IMG/VR virus record: IMGVR_UViG_3300035698_024626
Span: 1-64,000 of that record
Origin: a virus
Length of the DNA stretch: 64,000 nucleotides
Reading direction: 5' to 3' (one strand)
In this document: in pieces, positions 18,685-29,742 of the stretch
How positions within the stretch are numbered: the first letter of the stretch is position 1
How the letters are laid out: each line of letters begins with the position of its first letter
The notes under the pieces: model-generated
The model's input: only the letters and a program-made list of their open reading frames with translations
What the model was told of the DNA's origin: nothing
Database searches by the model: none
Translations under genes and position numbers: made by a program

Positions 18685-18961
18685 TCGTATTGGCTGCGAC
18701 ATTTGTGGCAAATACCGAGAAAACGTTAAAATAATTCTGTCCGGTATCTGCATCTGCGATCAGTGTGTGGAAAAGATTCTCATATGGTATGTCTATACTT
18801 TTCCTATTAAATCCCTGTGTCCCCATTGCCTTAACAAAAAAAGCAATAAACAATGTAGATACTGCAATTTAAACCTACTTCTCGCGAATGCAATGAAAAC
18901 TATACCTAGCGATGATTGATTTGGTTGGACAACGATTTGGGCGACTTAACAAGGAGAAACA

Positions 18962-19681
18962 ATGAGCAATTATGCGAAAGATGATATCGACAGGTGGTTC
19001 GAGTTCAGCTACTTACCCTCTAAAAGAACAATCTACGTTGGCTCTCGGGATTCTGAAACACAAAGTGGAGAAGGTGAATCTGGAACTGACTGCAAAATGA
19101 GCGAATTTTTCCTTAAGGCAATGCTCCACCTTACCAATGTGTCGTCCAAGCCTATTTTTGTTCACATGAACAACATAGGTGGAGATTACCAGCACGGAAT
19201 GGCGATATACGATGCCATCAGATTATCCCCAGCACATGTTTATGGAATTGCCTGGAGTTACGCGACGAGCATGGGCTCCATTATCCTACAAGCTTTTGAT
19301 ACTAGAATAATTACACCAAATTGTATTTTCATGCTACACGATGGAACCGAAGAATTAAGCGGTACTTGCAAAACTGTCGAAGCGTGGGCTAAAAATACAA
19401 CAAAAACACGACAACTAATGTACAAAATTTATTACAGTAGAATGAAAGCGTCAAAGCCTCGCATTACAATAAAGAAAATTGAAGAATTATGTTCCCACGA
19501 TACAATTTTCAATGCCGAAGAGGCGGTAGCTAGTGGCCTTGCTGACTGGATCATGGAGGGGATAAATGATCAATATAGATTTTTCGCAACAGATACACAA
19601 GACGCCAAATGGACCTCTGGAATGACAAGCGATAAGCGTGAGATAGAAGGTGAGCACGAAGCAGAAGAAAATGGTGACTAA
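18962..19681 (+). CDS. clpP: ClpP-like serine protease
   Basis: MNNIGGDY...AIYDAI...ATSMGSIILQA (catalytic Ser)...FMLHDG (His)...HDTIFNAEEAVASGLAD. Confidence 0.85.
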   Translation: MSNYAKDDIDRWFEFSYLPSKRTIYVGSRDSETQSGEGESGTDCKMSEFFLKAMLHLTNVSSKPIFVHMNNIGGDYQHGMAIYDAIRLSPAHVYGIAWSYATSMGSIILQAFDTRIITPNCIFMLHDGTEELSGTCKTVEAWAKNTTKTRQLMYKIYYSRMKASKPRITIKKIEELCSHDTIFNAEEAVASGLADWIMEGINDQYRFFATDTQDAKWTSGMTSDKREIEGEHEAEENGD

Positions 19682-19683
19682 TA

Positions 19684-20256
19684 ATGAATCTGAATGTTTT
19701 CCAAAAACAAGCTAGAAGGACGGCAGTATACCCCAATGTCGGCAATAACATGTTGTACCCTGTTCTTGGATTACTGGGGGAATGTGGAGAAATATGCGAA
19801 AAAGTAAAAAAACTAGAACGCGACGACAATGGAATAATGACTGATCAACGTCGAGAAGCAATCGCAAAAGAGCTAGGTGATGCAATGTGGTATATTTCCA
19901 GCATTTGTTCGGAAATTGGCGCAGAATTGGATATGGTCTACGCAATGCGGGGTTTCAGGGCCGCCAATCATACCGGAGGTTTCGATCTATCAAGGGTCAC
20001 ACTCCACCTAATGTTTTGCGCAACAGAAGTGGCCAAAGCCATCGAATCGTGGTACTACCATCATAACAGTGCAATTCATCAGCACCCCTATTATATGGAC
20101 ACCACATCCCAAATGTCATATGTTATACATTGCATAACGGAAATCGCTCGTCAAGTTTGCAATATGTCTATTGAAGAAATATGTGCAGCTAATATGAAAA
20201 AGTTGTTAGATCGTAAAAGTCGCGGAACTCTATTAGGAGAAGGCGATAATCGCTAG
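19684..20256 (+). CDS. MazG-like NTP pyrophosphohydrolase
   Basis: LGLLGECGEICEKVKK...KELGDAMWY...NMKKLLDRKSRGTLLGEGDNR. Confidence 0.85.
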   Translation: MNLNVFQKQARRTAVYPNVGNNMLYPVLGLLGECGEICEKVKKLERDDNGIMTDQRREAIAKELGDAMWYISSICSEIGAELDMVYAMRGFRAANHTGGFDLSRVTLHLMFCATEVAKAIESWYYHHNSAIHQHPYYMDTTSQMSYVIHCITEIARQVCNMSIEEICAANMKKLLDRKSRGTLLGEGDNR

Positions 20257-20318
20257 AGTAAATGGTGTATAATAACTATGATAAAAGTCCTATTCTATAA
20301 AAAGAAGGGATACAATCA

Positions 20319-20741
20319 ATGATTGATGTTGCTTGGATAGTTATTCGAAAACAAAGCCGTTTCCTATTAGCACAACGCTCCCCTAACGACAAGGCGGGTG
20401 GAGCCTGGGTGTTCCCAGGTGGCAAAAAGGATTCAATAGATAATAATTTGATCCAAACTGCTCGCAGAGAACTATTAGAAGAAGTGGGGCTAAAAGGTAG
20501 TGACTTCCACCAATTGTTGCAAATATCCCAAAATAAGTATCGCATTTGGATTTTTGCGTGTCTCAAGTGGATCGGTCAACCACAACCTAATTGCAACGAT
20601 ATTGTCGGCATAGGATGGTTTACGTTACAAGAAATGTACGCAATGAAAGAGAACTTAGCTCCGTATGTCAATACCATGCTGCCTGAACTTGCATATTGCG
20701 CACAACACTACAAAGCCCATCCAGAAGAATGGAAGTGGTAG
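20319..20741 (+). CDS. Nudix hydrolase
   Basis: WVFPGGKKDSIDNNLIQTARRELLEEVGL Nudix box. Confidence 0.9.
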   Translation: MIDVAWIVIRKQSRFLLAQRSPNDKAGGAWVFPGGKKDSIDNNLIQTARRELLEEVGLKGSDFHQLLQISQNKYRIWIFACLKWIGQPQPNCNDIVGIGWFTLQEMYAMKENLAPYVNTMLPELAYCAQHYKAHPEEWKW

Positions 20742-21387
20742 CAAGAGAAAGCTGGTGGATTCTATGGCAAAAATTATAAAACCGGTTTTAGCAGAAAAAT
20801 TTGAAAATCTATTGTGGGCGAACACCCCCGTCGATTGGATTGTTAAAGGACTTTTCATAAACGGCGCTCTTCATATCATAGTTATTCTCCCACAACACAA
20901 CTCTTATAGAATGCGAAGAAAATTCCCCATAGACGTACTCGAAGCAAGAAAAGACGATTTACAAGGGCTAGCTCAAGATTGCGTACATGAGATGCGATCT
21001 GAAACCGATAAAATTCCGCAATAAGGAAAATAACGTGCATATTTCACAGAATAATCGCAAGCCCATATTGGAGTTCTTACTACATAGATGGCAACTCTTA
21101 ACATCACTTTCGGCAGCAGAAATAGTATGGTATGCAGAAAAAACTTGCGATCCAAAAGATGGTGACCTTATACAACTAATACCCATCGTCATTTCCGCCC
21201 AGCCTACAAAACAGATTATGATAATTAAACGACACATCATCTCCATATTGCCAGAAGCAAGGTTCATAGACTACAATTACGAGACTCCCTGCGAACTTAT
21301 TCCCAAAGATTTTATAGAACTTTATGCCAACGAACAAACACAGTGCATTAGCAAAGTACGGGAACTCATAAAGAAGCTCAAAGTTCA

Positions 21388-22299
21388 ATGAAACAAGAAC
21401 GCGCCCTAGAACGTTGTTTACAGAACCCAGATTATCTCGTCGTCGCCGGGTCTAAGCTATATGGCACCGCCACTCCAAAAAGTGACCACGACCTTAGAGG
21501 ATTCGTGGTGCCCCCTTTCGAGTACACGACAGGTCTCAGTAGATTCGACCAACAAGTCATTCGAGAACCAGACACGGTAATCTATTCCATCAAACGAACA
21601 TTCGAATTGTTGATTAGGGGAGACCCACTCATCTATGAGATTCTGTGCGCACCAGAACCAAATATTATTGAACAGAGCGACATTGGTAGGGTTTTACGCC
21701 GAAATCGCGAACTGTTCGCTTGCAAAAAATTCGCTCGCCGTATCAGCGGATACGCTCAATCAGAATGGCGCAAAGTTACTGGCACCCAATTGGTCCCAAT
21801 CAAAAGAACACCAAACGAAGATGAAGTGATTGAAAATATCCGCCAAATATTCCGTCCACAGAAAGGAGAAATGGATGAAATTATTCGTCTTCTACTCTTA
21901 CGATACCCCAGAGAGACAAGACCTGCCCGACGCAAACTAGGGGCGAAAAGGAAACTCCAGATAGAGAGATATGGATATTGTACCTCCAGCGCATCACACA
22001 CTATTCGGCTTTTGGGCCAACTCAAAGAATTGATGGAGACTGGCAATCTTACTTTTCCTAGACCTGATGCCAAACTCCTGCTAGCAATCAAACAAGGAAC
22101 CGTGAAGCTCGCACAGGTAACGGAAATCTATAACGAATCACTACACGAAGCTAAACAAGCAGAAGGAAACTCCACGCTTCCTGGTCGTGCGCCAATCAAA
22201 AAGATAAGGGATATCTTCCACGAAATTATTGCAGCAGCATTGATCCAAGACAAACGGGCTACGACCTACGCCCAGGCTTATCGAAAGAAGTGGGAGTGA
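21388..22299 (+). CDS. Pol-beta superfamily nucleotidyltransferase (RlaP-like)
   Basis: GSKLYGTATPKSDHDLRG; SHTIRLL...TGNLTFPRPDAKLLLAIKQG. Confidence 0.85.
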   Translation: MKQERALERCLQNPDYLVVAGSKLYGTATPKSDHDLRGFVVPPFEYTTGLSRFDQQVIREPDTVIYSIKRTFELLIRGDPLIYEILCAPEPNIIEQSDIGRVLRRNRELFACKKFARRISGYAQSEWRKVTGTQLVPIKRTPNEDEVIENIRQIFRPQKGEMDEIIRLLLLRYPRETRPARRKLGAKRKLQIERYGYCTSSASHTIRLLGQLKELMETGNLTFPRPDAKLLLAIKQGTVKLAQVTEIYNESLHEAKQAEGNSTLPGRAPIKKIRDIFHEIIAAALIQDKRATTYAQAYRKKWE

Positions 22300-22739
22300 T
22301 GGGGAAAACTATACCTGTTGAATGTGCTGTTTGCGGCACAACTTTTGACAAGCCACTCAAACGATTCAATCAAACGATCAAGCTGGGTAAGCAACACACA
22401 TGCTCTCGCACGTGCGCCTCTAAACTCACAAATGAACAGCGTAGATGCGAACCAATTACTTCGAGTGCGAAGAACACCCGTAAGGACAAGGAGAAATATC
22501 CTGAGAAAAACAAGGCTCGCGAATTGGTGCGTCGAGCATTAAAAACTGGCAAGCTCATACCACCAGAAGAATGTGAGTATTGTTTCAGGGACGACAAATC
22601 GTTGGAGGCTCACCATCCAGATCATTTAAGACCATTTTTGATTTCGTTTTTTTGCAAAGAATGTCATGCGCTCGCAGACAGCGATTCGGATAAATGGGAA
22701 GATTTGGCAACCGATTACTCTAGCCAGATCAAATCATAA
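22299..22739 (+). CDS. Zn-binding HNH-like protein
   Basis: CAVC, CSRTC, CEYC...EAHHPDH...CKECH. Confidence 0.6.
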   Translation: MGKTIPVECAVCGTTFDKPLKRFNQTIKLGKQHTCSRTCASKLTNEQRRCEPITSSAKNTRKDKEKYPEKNKARELVRRALKTGKLIPPEECEYCFRDDKSLEAHHPDHLRPFLISFFCKECHALADSDSDKWEDLATDYSSQIKS

Positions 22740-23159
22740 CTCCTCATCGTGAGGATCGAACTGACACGCCTCCCCTTCGCCATATGGCAAACGATAATTG
22801 CTCAAATCGAATGGCAATAAATCAATATCTGTTTTGGTTTCATTTAATGTTACTTCCACAGCCTCCATCCCGCATACAAATGCCACAAACGCTTCCGTAT
22901 TTGCGCCAAGACTGTCTTTCCAACTAGGCAATAAGGCAATCTTATTGCATCTATTGACGATTGCGTTGATATCTGTTGTCATACAACTCGCAAATGAAGA
23001 TCGAAGGTAACTCCCATGTTCCGATGGATTAAAGACCGTAAATCCTTTATCTCTTAATAGACCGGCCACCAAAGTGAACATTTCTTTATTCAAATTGGGA
23101 ATACCCCGCATACATCCTGCGAGATAGAAATCGTACTTCTTCTTTTTTTTCCCAAACAC
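22734..23159 (-). CDS. DUF4406 / nucleoside deoxyribosyltransferase-like protein
   Basis: FYLAGCMRGIPNLN...VFNPSE...LLPSWKDSLGANTE. Confidence 0.8.
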   Translation of the reverse strand: MFGKKKKKYDFYLAGCMRGIPNLNKEMFTLVAGLLRDKGFTVFNPSEHGSYLRSSFASCMTTDINAIVNRCNKIALLPSWKDSLGANTEAFVAFVCGMEAVEVTLNETKTDIDLLPFDLSNYRLPYGEGEACQFDPHDEEL

Positions 23160-23761
23160 ATTAACCCCCTAGTCAACACGACTCATCCCATCATCTTCCC
23201 GCCTTCATTCCTCCTAATGTCTCTAGATAAACCAACGAATCCCTTTCTTAGACACAAGTCGGCACATCGTTGTCTGCACGCATCCCAAACGAAGCGGCAT
23301 TGATTCTTAATGAAAAGATAATCAAATGGGTCCATCCCGGCCATAAGGAGTTCATGGCACCACGCATCGAATTCTAAATCTAACGTTTCCACTACTCTTC
23401 CCTGCGCTTCCAAATAGCATCTTGCTTGCGTTTGATCATTATATCGAATGTCTCGTTTGATAGAGGTTCATGTTCATCGGTGTCCGCATCAGCCTCATCG
23501 CTCGACGATATAATTGGCGCGTCTTCCTCTGACCCATCTTCAACAAAATCGAAGTGAAGTTGTTCGCCCTCCATTGTGTCGTAGCCTCCCTTAAATCAAT
23601 CAATTTCGGCATTTTGTTCCGAGTCCTTTAGTATCAAAATCCCAACATCAGCTTGTTGCAATATATTTGCAATACGATATAAATTAACTGCAATGACAGT
23701 CATCGCCAAAGTCAATATAAACACCCTAATCCATTTACCCAAACTCGAAACACGAAAAACC

Positions 23762-24817
23762 TTAAACTGTGCTGGCTCCATCTTCCGTCTCCGTAACGGT
23801 GTTAAAACAAAACAGTTGTTGCAACACATATTCCCAATCTTCGCAATGGGCTTCTACGTGAGGAACATTATGATTGCGCAAAAATATCTCGATCTGATTA
23901 TCAATCGAACGCGCTGTAGCCTCGTCATGGAAGCGTATACCGTTTTCTCGGTATTGCTGAAATCGTAGGAACACCATGTCGGTATAGTTATGAAGATCAA
24001 GCAACACCCATTTGTAAAGCTTGCTAAGTATCAAGCGGTTAACAGAGCTTCGGGTTTCTCCCCTATGTAAAGCTGCATAGATGTATGATAGGAATGTTGG
24101 ACAATCCGAAACAACAATGTCAGATCGTTTTGCTGCATCCAACTCCCTGGCTCGTTGTCCTGCGTAAATCAAAATCTGTTCAGTAAAACCTGGATTGCGA
24201 TCATACTTCTGAACAAAGGACGTAGCGTATTCTTGTACAGGAAAAGAGTTGCCGTCAAGCGTAGTGTTCAGTGCGGTGGTGAACAATCGAGACACTTCGG
24301 ACTTTCCAGAGCTTGGTGCACCACAAATACCAATCCGACGAACAAAATAGTCCCAGGCAGAGAACGGACATGTAGTGAAGGCGTGTGGATACCCTAAAAT
24401 CTGATGTAGAGGCGGGATATCCCGCTCACCACACACCTCACATTCTACGACAGCGACTTTGAGAGGAAGCTCCACGAAATCTACGGTCACAGCAATCCAC
24501 AGATAACTAGGGAGTAGCAATTTATATCGTTGCTTTTTGACAACCAGTTCGGCTTGCGGAATCAACAAACGAGCAGCCTCGACAGAAAGCCCTACAGACT
24601 CTTCAACACGAACACCAGACAACTTCTTTCCGACTTTGTTTTGAAGAAAATGCCTGATTTGTCCACCTGTTGTCTCCACACGAATACGAGTATCTTTCGA
24701 GAGATAGTGGTCAACAACATCTATAGGGTCGGCTAACTTATGACCACCTTGATCGAGCAACCGTTTAATAGATGCGTAATCGAAAATATATGAGTCTTCC
24801 TTTTCATTATTGACCAT
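23762..24817 (-). CDS. NadR-like P-loop ATPase/kinase (AAA_28) with N-terminal extension
   Basis: RIGICGAPSSGKS, EYATSF, VVSDCPTF, NGIR. Confidence 0.7.
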   Translation of the reverse strand: MVNNEKEDSYIFDYASIKRLLDQGGHKLADPIDVVDHYLSKDTRIRVETTGGQIRHFLQNKVGKKLSGVRVEESVGLSVEAARLLIPQAELVVKKQRYKLLLPSYLWIAVTVDFVELPLKVAVVECEVCGERDIPPLHQILGYPHAFTTCPFSAWDYFVRRIGICGAPSSGKSEVSRLFTTALNTTLDGNSFPVQEYATSFVQKYDRNPGFTEQILIYAGQRARELDAAKRSDIVVSDCPTFLSYIYAALHRGETRSSVNRLILSKLYKWVLLDLHNYTDMVFLRFQQYRENGIRFHDEATARSIDNQIEIFLRNHNVPHVEAHCEDWEYVLQQLFCFNTVTETEDGASTV

Positions 24818-25763
24818 CTAATTCTCCTACGTTGTTCGTCTTACAGCCGGACACATTAGGGTCAAGAATTGCAAAATCATTCAAACATTTCTCCAACTCT
24901 TCTGGACCCATCCTGATAGTGAAAAAATGGCCATTAGTTTTAGGATTGTAATCTTCTGCCATAATGCCAAATACAGTTATGTCCCCAACTTCATACTTGT
25001 ATAATGCGGCAGTAACTCGATAGTTTTTAATGGGCAAACATTTATAGTGTAACCCCTTGGGACGAACTATCTGATTATGCCATTTCTCCTCAAAAGCGAC
25101 ACTCTCTTCTTTATCTACACTATTTATCAATTGCTCTCCTCTGTATCGTCCCAGGTGAGAACTAAAGCTTTCGTCTTAACTAAATCCGCCTGAAGTGATT
25201 CAATTCTTGCAGCCCGCATTTCTTCAGCACGCACAATAGCGCAAAGAGGGGTGATATGCCAATCTGATTTACCATACCAACGACCTTCTTTTTTATTTTT
25301 TCCAATGATAAAGAGAAAACTACCAAACTGCCAAATATCGTTTTTTTGGATACTTACAACCTGGACCCCTTCTTCCAGAGCATGTTTCGTAAGATAGATC
25401 GGTGTTTTTATATTCCAATTGACCGACATACACGTTCTCCCTACCTAATCACCACATTCTGGACTTATTGGCAATAATTCCAACAAAGATTGAGGAACAA
25501 ATGATCCCTCCCAGGCACCCGCTTGTTCCCGTGCCATTTCGGGGGATAGGTCACTATTCATCCGATGATGTTCGCAAGCCATTGCGGCGAGTAATGTACC
25601 CTCATCTACAAGACAGGTATCCCAAACCATGACTCCACCACCAACTTCGTCACTAAAATATGTAAAGCCACCTACACAGTTAGGCTTCCTATACAATCGC
25701 GCTCCGTTGGCAAGACATCCCAAATCTTCGGTCTTATCCATTTTCCTACCTCCTCAATTCCAA

Positions 25764-25800
25764 CAAAAAAGGGGGGATGGCCATCCTGGACCACCCCCGC
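25764..25800 (-). terminator. Intrinsic terminator
   Basis: Minus strand GGGGGTGGTC...GGCCATCCCCCC followed by a T run. Confidence 0.7.
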
Positions 25801-25809
25801 CCTGGTTTA

Positions 25810-25989
25810 CTAGTGAACCAACTTCACGTCGCTCTTACGGTACGTCTCAGGACGATCCGTAGTTGGACGCCCGCGCCCAAAATTAAGATCGACAAAACAG
25901 TCCGTTACCGCCTTGATCGTTCCAGTCTTTCCAATTATCTTCGGGCACTTATTACACTGAACCACCTCTACAACATCACCAATCTCCAT
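25810..25989 (-). CDS. 59 aa KOW/SH3-like small protein (below ORF-track cutoff)
   Basis: AAGGAG RBS; MEIGDVVEVVQCNKCPKIIGKTGTIKAVTDCFVDLNFGRGRPTTDRPETYRKSDVKLVH*. Confidence 0.65.
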   Translation of the reverse strand: MEIGDVVEVVQCNKCPKIIGKTGTIKAVTDCFVDLNFGRGRPTTDRPETYRKSDVKLVH

Positions 25990-26060
25990 TTTCTTCTCCT
26001 TTACACCTTAAAACCCTGAACACGAAAACACAAAAACACAAAAACACCAACCGAATATCA

Positions 26061-26582
26061 TTAGGCTATATGTCTCCACCACTTGCCACGAGCTATATCC
26101 CCAATAGTGGTGTGACTCACATCAAATAATCCGGCAATACAACGATGCGTAAAACCATCAGCCAGTAATCGTTTAATATTACGGACCTGAGCCTCGAACA
26201 AAATAGAAGTTCCAATTTTAGAACCATAAGCTTTTGTCCCATGATCAATCTTATCTTTTTCATTTTCAACATAAGAGCCCCATCTTAAATTACTAAGATA
26301 ATTATTTGATCTATTACCGTCTAAATGGCGAGTAATTTGACCGGATGGACACAACCCGACAAATGATTCAAGGACCAATCTATGGATTAACTTAGTAGAT
26401 ACAAAACTATTCCTACCATTTCTTAAACCAACTCGCAAATATCCGTCTCGATCAACAGAAGGCTTTAAGATTCTACCAACCCGAGCCCCATGCCCACGAG
26501 CTATCCTCTTAACTCGACCATAATCAGATACTTGATAAATGCCTGGATGACTTACGATATCTTTCCAAGTTTCATCGGTCAT
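26061..26582 (-). CDS. NUMOD4-HNH homing endonuclease with C-terminal HTH
   Basis: ETWKDI...YQVSDYGRVK; HRLVLESF...RHLDGNRSNNYLSNLRW. Confidence 0.9.
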   Translation of the reverse strand: MTDETWKDIVSHPGIYQVSDYGRVKRIARGHGARVGRILKPSVDRDGYLRVGLRNGRNSFVSTKLIHRLVLESFVGLCPSGQITRHLDGNRSNNYLSNLRWGSYVENEKDKIDHGTKAYGSKIGTSILFEAQVRNIKRLLADGFTHRCIAGLFDVSHTTIGDIARGKWWRHIA

Positions 26583-27850
26583 TATTCACCAGCCCTTAAG
26601 TGATTTAATAGCCCTAGCTATTGAAATAATCTGATCAGCCGCTATTCCTCGTTGAGCCTTACACACACCATAGCCAACTCTGTGTCCACCCCTCTTTATC
26701 GGTATGGAGGCTCTCATCTTGGCCTTCAATACTGCTACAGCATCATCGAGTTGGACCAACAATGCAGTATCGACATTAGCAAGATAATCCTCTTCAACAT
26801 AAATGTTGGCTTTCTGTGCCATTATTCTACCTCAACATTGCCATATCTCTTCTCCCTTCGCTGCCGAGCTAGACACAATAGGGATTCAGCCTGCCATACA
26901 GAGAATTCACGGTTACAGGTATCGCATTGCATCATCCGATCGTCTCCCGATAAAATCATGGGCTTTAGCTGATCAATATCGTGATCACGATTCTTGCAAA
27001 TCGGACATAGTTCGAAAGCTAACATCACAGGATTATACGTCTGGGGAGAGTATTTGTTTAATCTTTTTTCTGACATGCAAAAAGCTTCTCTTTATCGGTC
27101 TAAAATGGACCATAGACTTTCGGCGACCTCAGCCAATCTTTCTCTGCTGGGAAATGATACTGAAGTTCCGCTTATACCGATGAGGGGGCAAGAACCAGCC
27201 AATTCCATAGACGATGAATCGCGATTGGAAATTTCAACCACCGCCATAGCCACCAAAGGATCGAGATAGATTTCAACAATCCATCCACAACGAGGACACG
27301 CATTCGTCTCTGCCTGACTAAGCTCCCATTCCTCACTACAATGAAAACACTTGACTTTGATCATATCGATTCCTTCAAAGCTTTTTCTAGTTGCGACTGC
27401 AAAATACGGGCCAACCTATTATCCAATATAATGGTATTAGTCTGTGTAAAAGTTGATTCATCAAGCTCAATACTCTCGGTAAAAATCAACCGAACACCCA
27501 TAGAACATCCCACCAGTGGTTTTATCTTTTCAACTTCTGTAACTTCTGCTTGGAAAACAACATTCATTATATCATCCCTCTAACTAAATTGAGCCCCACG
27601 CTAGCATTTCTTCTCCTTGAGGTATGGGATCGAAAATCTTAGACCCATAATTTCCCGTAGATCGAAAGATTAACCCGCCATAAACCGGCGAGATAGACAG
27701 TGGATTATTTTCTGATATGTCCACATCTCCCTCAACTCGCTTACCACAACAAATACAACTTCTTCTATCGTACTCACTCATTACTCACTTCCTTCTGTAA
27801 GTTGTGAATTCCTTTTACAATTTCGCCACTGCAATTACAACGCCCAGAGA

Positions 27851-29188
27851 GTGACTTTCGGCAGGGCGAGCCCTGCCGCTTCATATTAGTTCAAACTACA
27901 CGGATGTAATTCAAGACCTAATACTTCTTTTTCCTGCTTCTTAGACTGGCACTGAACCGAAGTTCTGCAACCTCCAATCTCCACAGGCGTTTTGCAAAGC
28001 AAACGAGCTTCGCTAAATTTCTGAGTGTCCCTCAGTATTTTTGTTCCTACATTTCTTATATTTACAGCAGCGTTCAAATCTCTATCCATCACTTCACCAC
28101 AATCCAAGCACTTGAACTCTCTATCTTTCAGTGTTAAGTTTTTGTTAATCCATCCACAACCACTACAAGTCTTAGATGATGGTTCAAATCTATCAATCTC
28201 AACAAGTGGTTTACCACTCCATTCTGACTTGTATCGTAGTTGTCTCTTGAACTCAAACCAACCACAATCTGAAACTGCCTTTGATAGACAATGGTTAGAC
28301 ATAATGCCCTTAATGTTCAAATCTTCCATAGCAAATCCTTCATACTTGGCTATTATATGAGCAGTTGCTTTGTGTTGAAAATCTCGTCTGACATTTCTAA
28401 CCTTTCGATGTAGTCTCTGAACTTTGTTACGCTGTTTACTTCTATTGTTACTCTCTTTCTGCTTTCTTGATAATCTTCTCTGTGCTTTCGAGAGTTGTTG
28501 TCCATACTTATTGAGTGTTTTAGGATTTTCTATGACACTCCCATCGCTCATAGTGGCATATGTCTTAATCCCTACATCAATGCCAACCAGTAAGTCTTGC
28601 TTACAAATTGGTTCTTTGACTTTGAGTTCCACATTTACGGCACAATGCCATTGCTCACCATCTTGAGAAATAGTAAGATGTTTTACTTTTCCTTTGATTG
28701 GTCTGTGCTTAACCCACTGAATTTCTCCAATCTTAGGAATGAAAACAAAATGCTTTCCTATTCTAAACTTCTGAGGCACAGCGAAACTGTCGTTTTGCTT
28801 GCCTTTCTTCTTAAACACAGGAAACCGCTTGGTCTTACTGAAACAGTCTTTGAGTGCTCTATCTAATTGACGGGCTACCTGCTGAAGTGATTGACTAAAA
28901 CTCAGTTGAAGAAAATCGTGTTCCTTCTTGAATTGTGGAAGTGAAGTAACCATATCGTGAACAAATACGAACTTCTTTTCGTTTTCGTATTTGTCTTGAT
29001 TTTGTTTAAGAAGAGCATTCCACAAGAAACGAGTATTACCACCGTGCTGTCGTAAGGCAGCAGATTGTTCCTTAGTGGGATAAAGTCTAAACTTGTATGC
29101 TCTTCTAATCTTCACTACCGTCTTTCTCTTTTTGGTCTGCTATGTATTTCTTTACTGTTTCAGCACTGACCACTCCAATAGTAGAGAT
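27851..29188 (-). mobile_element. Non-autonomous IS605-like element with tnpA stump
   Basis: Upstream of tnpB reads ISTIGVVSAETVKKYIADQKEK (TnpA C-terminus); right-end hairpin CGGCAGGGC/GCCCTGCCG then AAAGTCAC. Confidence 0.75.
27886..29115 (-). CDS. tnpB: RNA-guided endonuclease TnpB
   Basis: RAYKFRLYPT, FPVFKKK, RuvC D/E/D (GIDVG, AMEDL, DRDLNAAVNI), CSGC/CLDC. Confidence 0.95.
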   Translation of the reverse strand: MKIRRAYKFRLYPTKEQSAALRQHGGNTRFLWNALLKQNQDKYENEKKFVFVHDMVTSLPQFKKEHDFLQLSFSQSLQQVARQLDRALKDCFSKTKRFPVFKKKGKQNDSFAVPQKFRIGKHFVFIPKIGEIQWVKHRPIKGKVKHLTISQDGEQWHCAVNVELKVKEPICKQDLLVGIDVGIKTYATMSDGSVIENPKTLNKYGQQLSKAQRRLSRKQKESNNRSKQRNKVQRLHRKVRNVRRDFQHKATAHIIAKYEGFAMEDLNIKGIMSNHCLSKAVSDCGWFEFKRQLRYKSEWSGKPLVEIDRFEPSSKTCSGCGWINKNLTLKDREFKCLDCGEVMDRDLNAAVNIRNVGTKILRDTQKFSEARLLCKTPVEIGGCRTSVQCQSKKQEKEVLGLELHPCSLN

Positions 29189-29274
29189 AACCATTTATAA
29201 TTACGAGATTTGTTCTTCCCATTCTGGTTTACAACAGTAAGTCTACCGAATTTTTGCCCTACTAGGTCGATCAT
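29189..29274 (-). pseudogene. 5' fragment of an HNH-type endonuclease gene
   Basis: MIDLVGQKFGRLTVVNQNGKNKSRNYKWL resembles the N-terminus of ORF 61940 (MLSLYDQRFGKLVAIEPRGSNKNKQILWLC); truncated at the tnpA stump. Confidence 0.65.
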
Positions 29275-29298
29275 TAAATCATCGCCACAGTAATATTA

Positions 29299-29742
29299 TT
29301 ATTGTTTTTCTCTTTTGTTTTCATTAATCATCTTCTTTCTCGCCTCCAAGGACAATCGTTTCAAATTTAACCACGAACGATCACTACTACCACTCCCCCA
29401 ACAACCATCACAGACATCGTTAGTGATCATTTGCCCACCAAAACCGCCACGCCAACCCGACGTACTGCCATAAGCCCGTACACCAGCACCACCACATTTT
29501 TTACAAGGATTCTCTATCCCTCGCCAATCAAGACAATATTGATTTACTCTTTGTTGAAATTCTCCTAATTGACAAAGCGAGTATTGATCTCGAAGAGATT
29601 GTGCCTGTTCGTCATGCCAGTCGGCGGCTGCTTTGCAAGCACGTTGCACCATAGCCCGCTGCTCTTTGGTTGGAACAGTTTCTATCCCGTGTAGGAGTTG
29701 CGCGAGCAACTCTTGTAATGGATGATGTGATTTGACGTTCAC
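29299..29742 (-). CDS. Hypothetical protein with DnaJ-type CxxCxGxG repeats
   Basis: CKKCGGAG...CDGCWGSG. Confidence 0.65.
   Translation of the reverse strand: MNVKSHHPLQELLAQLLHGIETVPTKEQRAMVQRACKAAADWHDEQAQSLRDQYSLCQLGEFQQRVNQYCLDWRGIENPCKKCGGAGVRAYGSTSGWRGGFGGQMITNDVCDGCWGSGSSDRSWLNLKRLSLEARKKMINENKREKQ

Larger units (their letters stand above)
23183..27781 (-). other. Run of small hypothetical phage genes (e.g. 23183-23413, 23392-23574, 24807-25130, 25127-25429, 25445-25741, 26586-26822, 26822-27076, 27092-27364, 27361-27567, 27584-27781)
   Basis: Tightly packed, co-oriented ORFs with RBSs and overlapping start/stop codons; several carry CxxC pairs. Confidence 0.6.

Noticed and set aside
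25800-25890. Riboswitch or ribozyme on the minus strand
   Set aside because: It is the 3' half of a 59 aa ORF with a good RBS, followed by a plain terminator
26019-26048. AAAACAC-type short tandem repeat
   Set aside because: Short low-complexity intergenic tract with no supporting context
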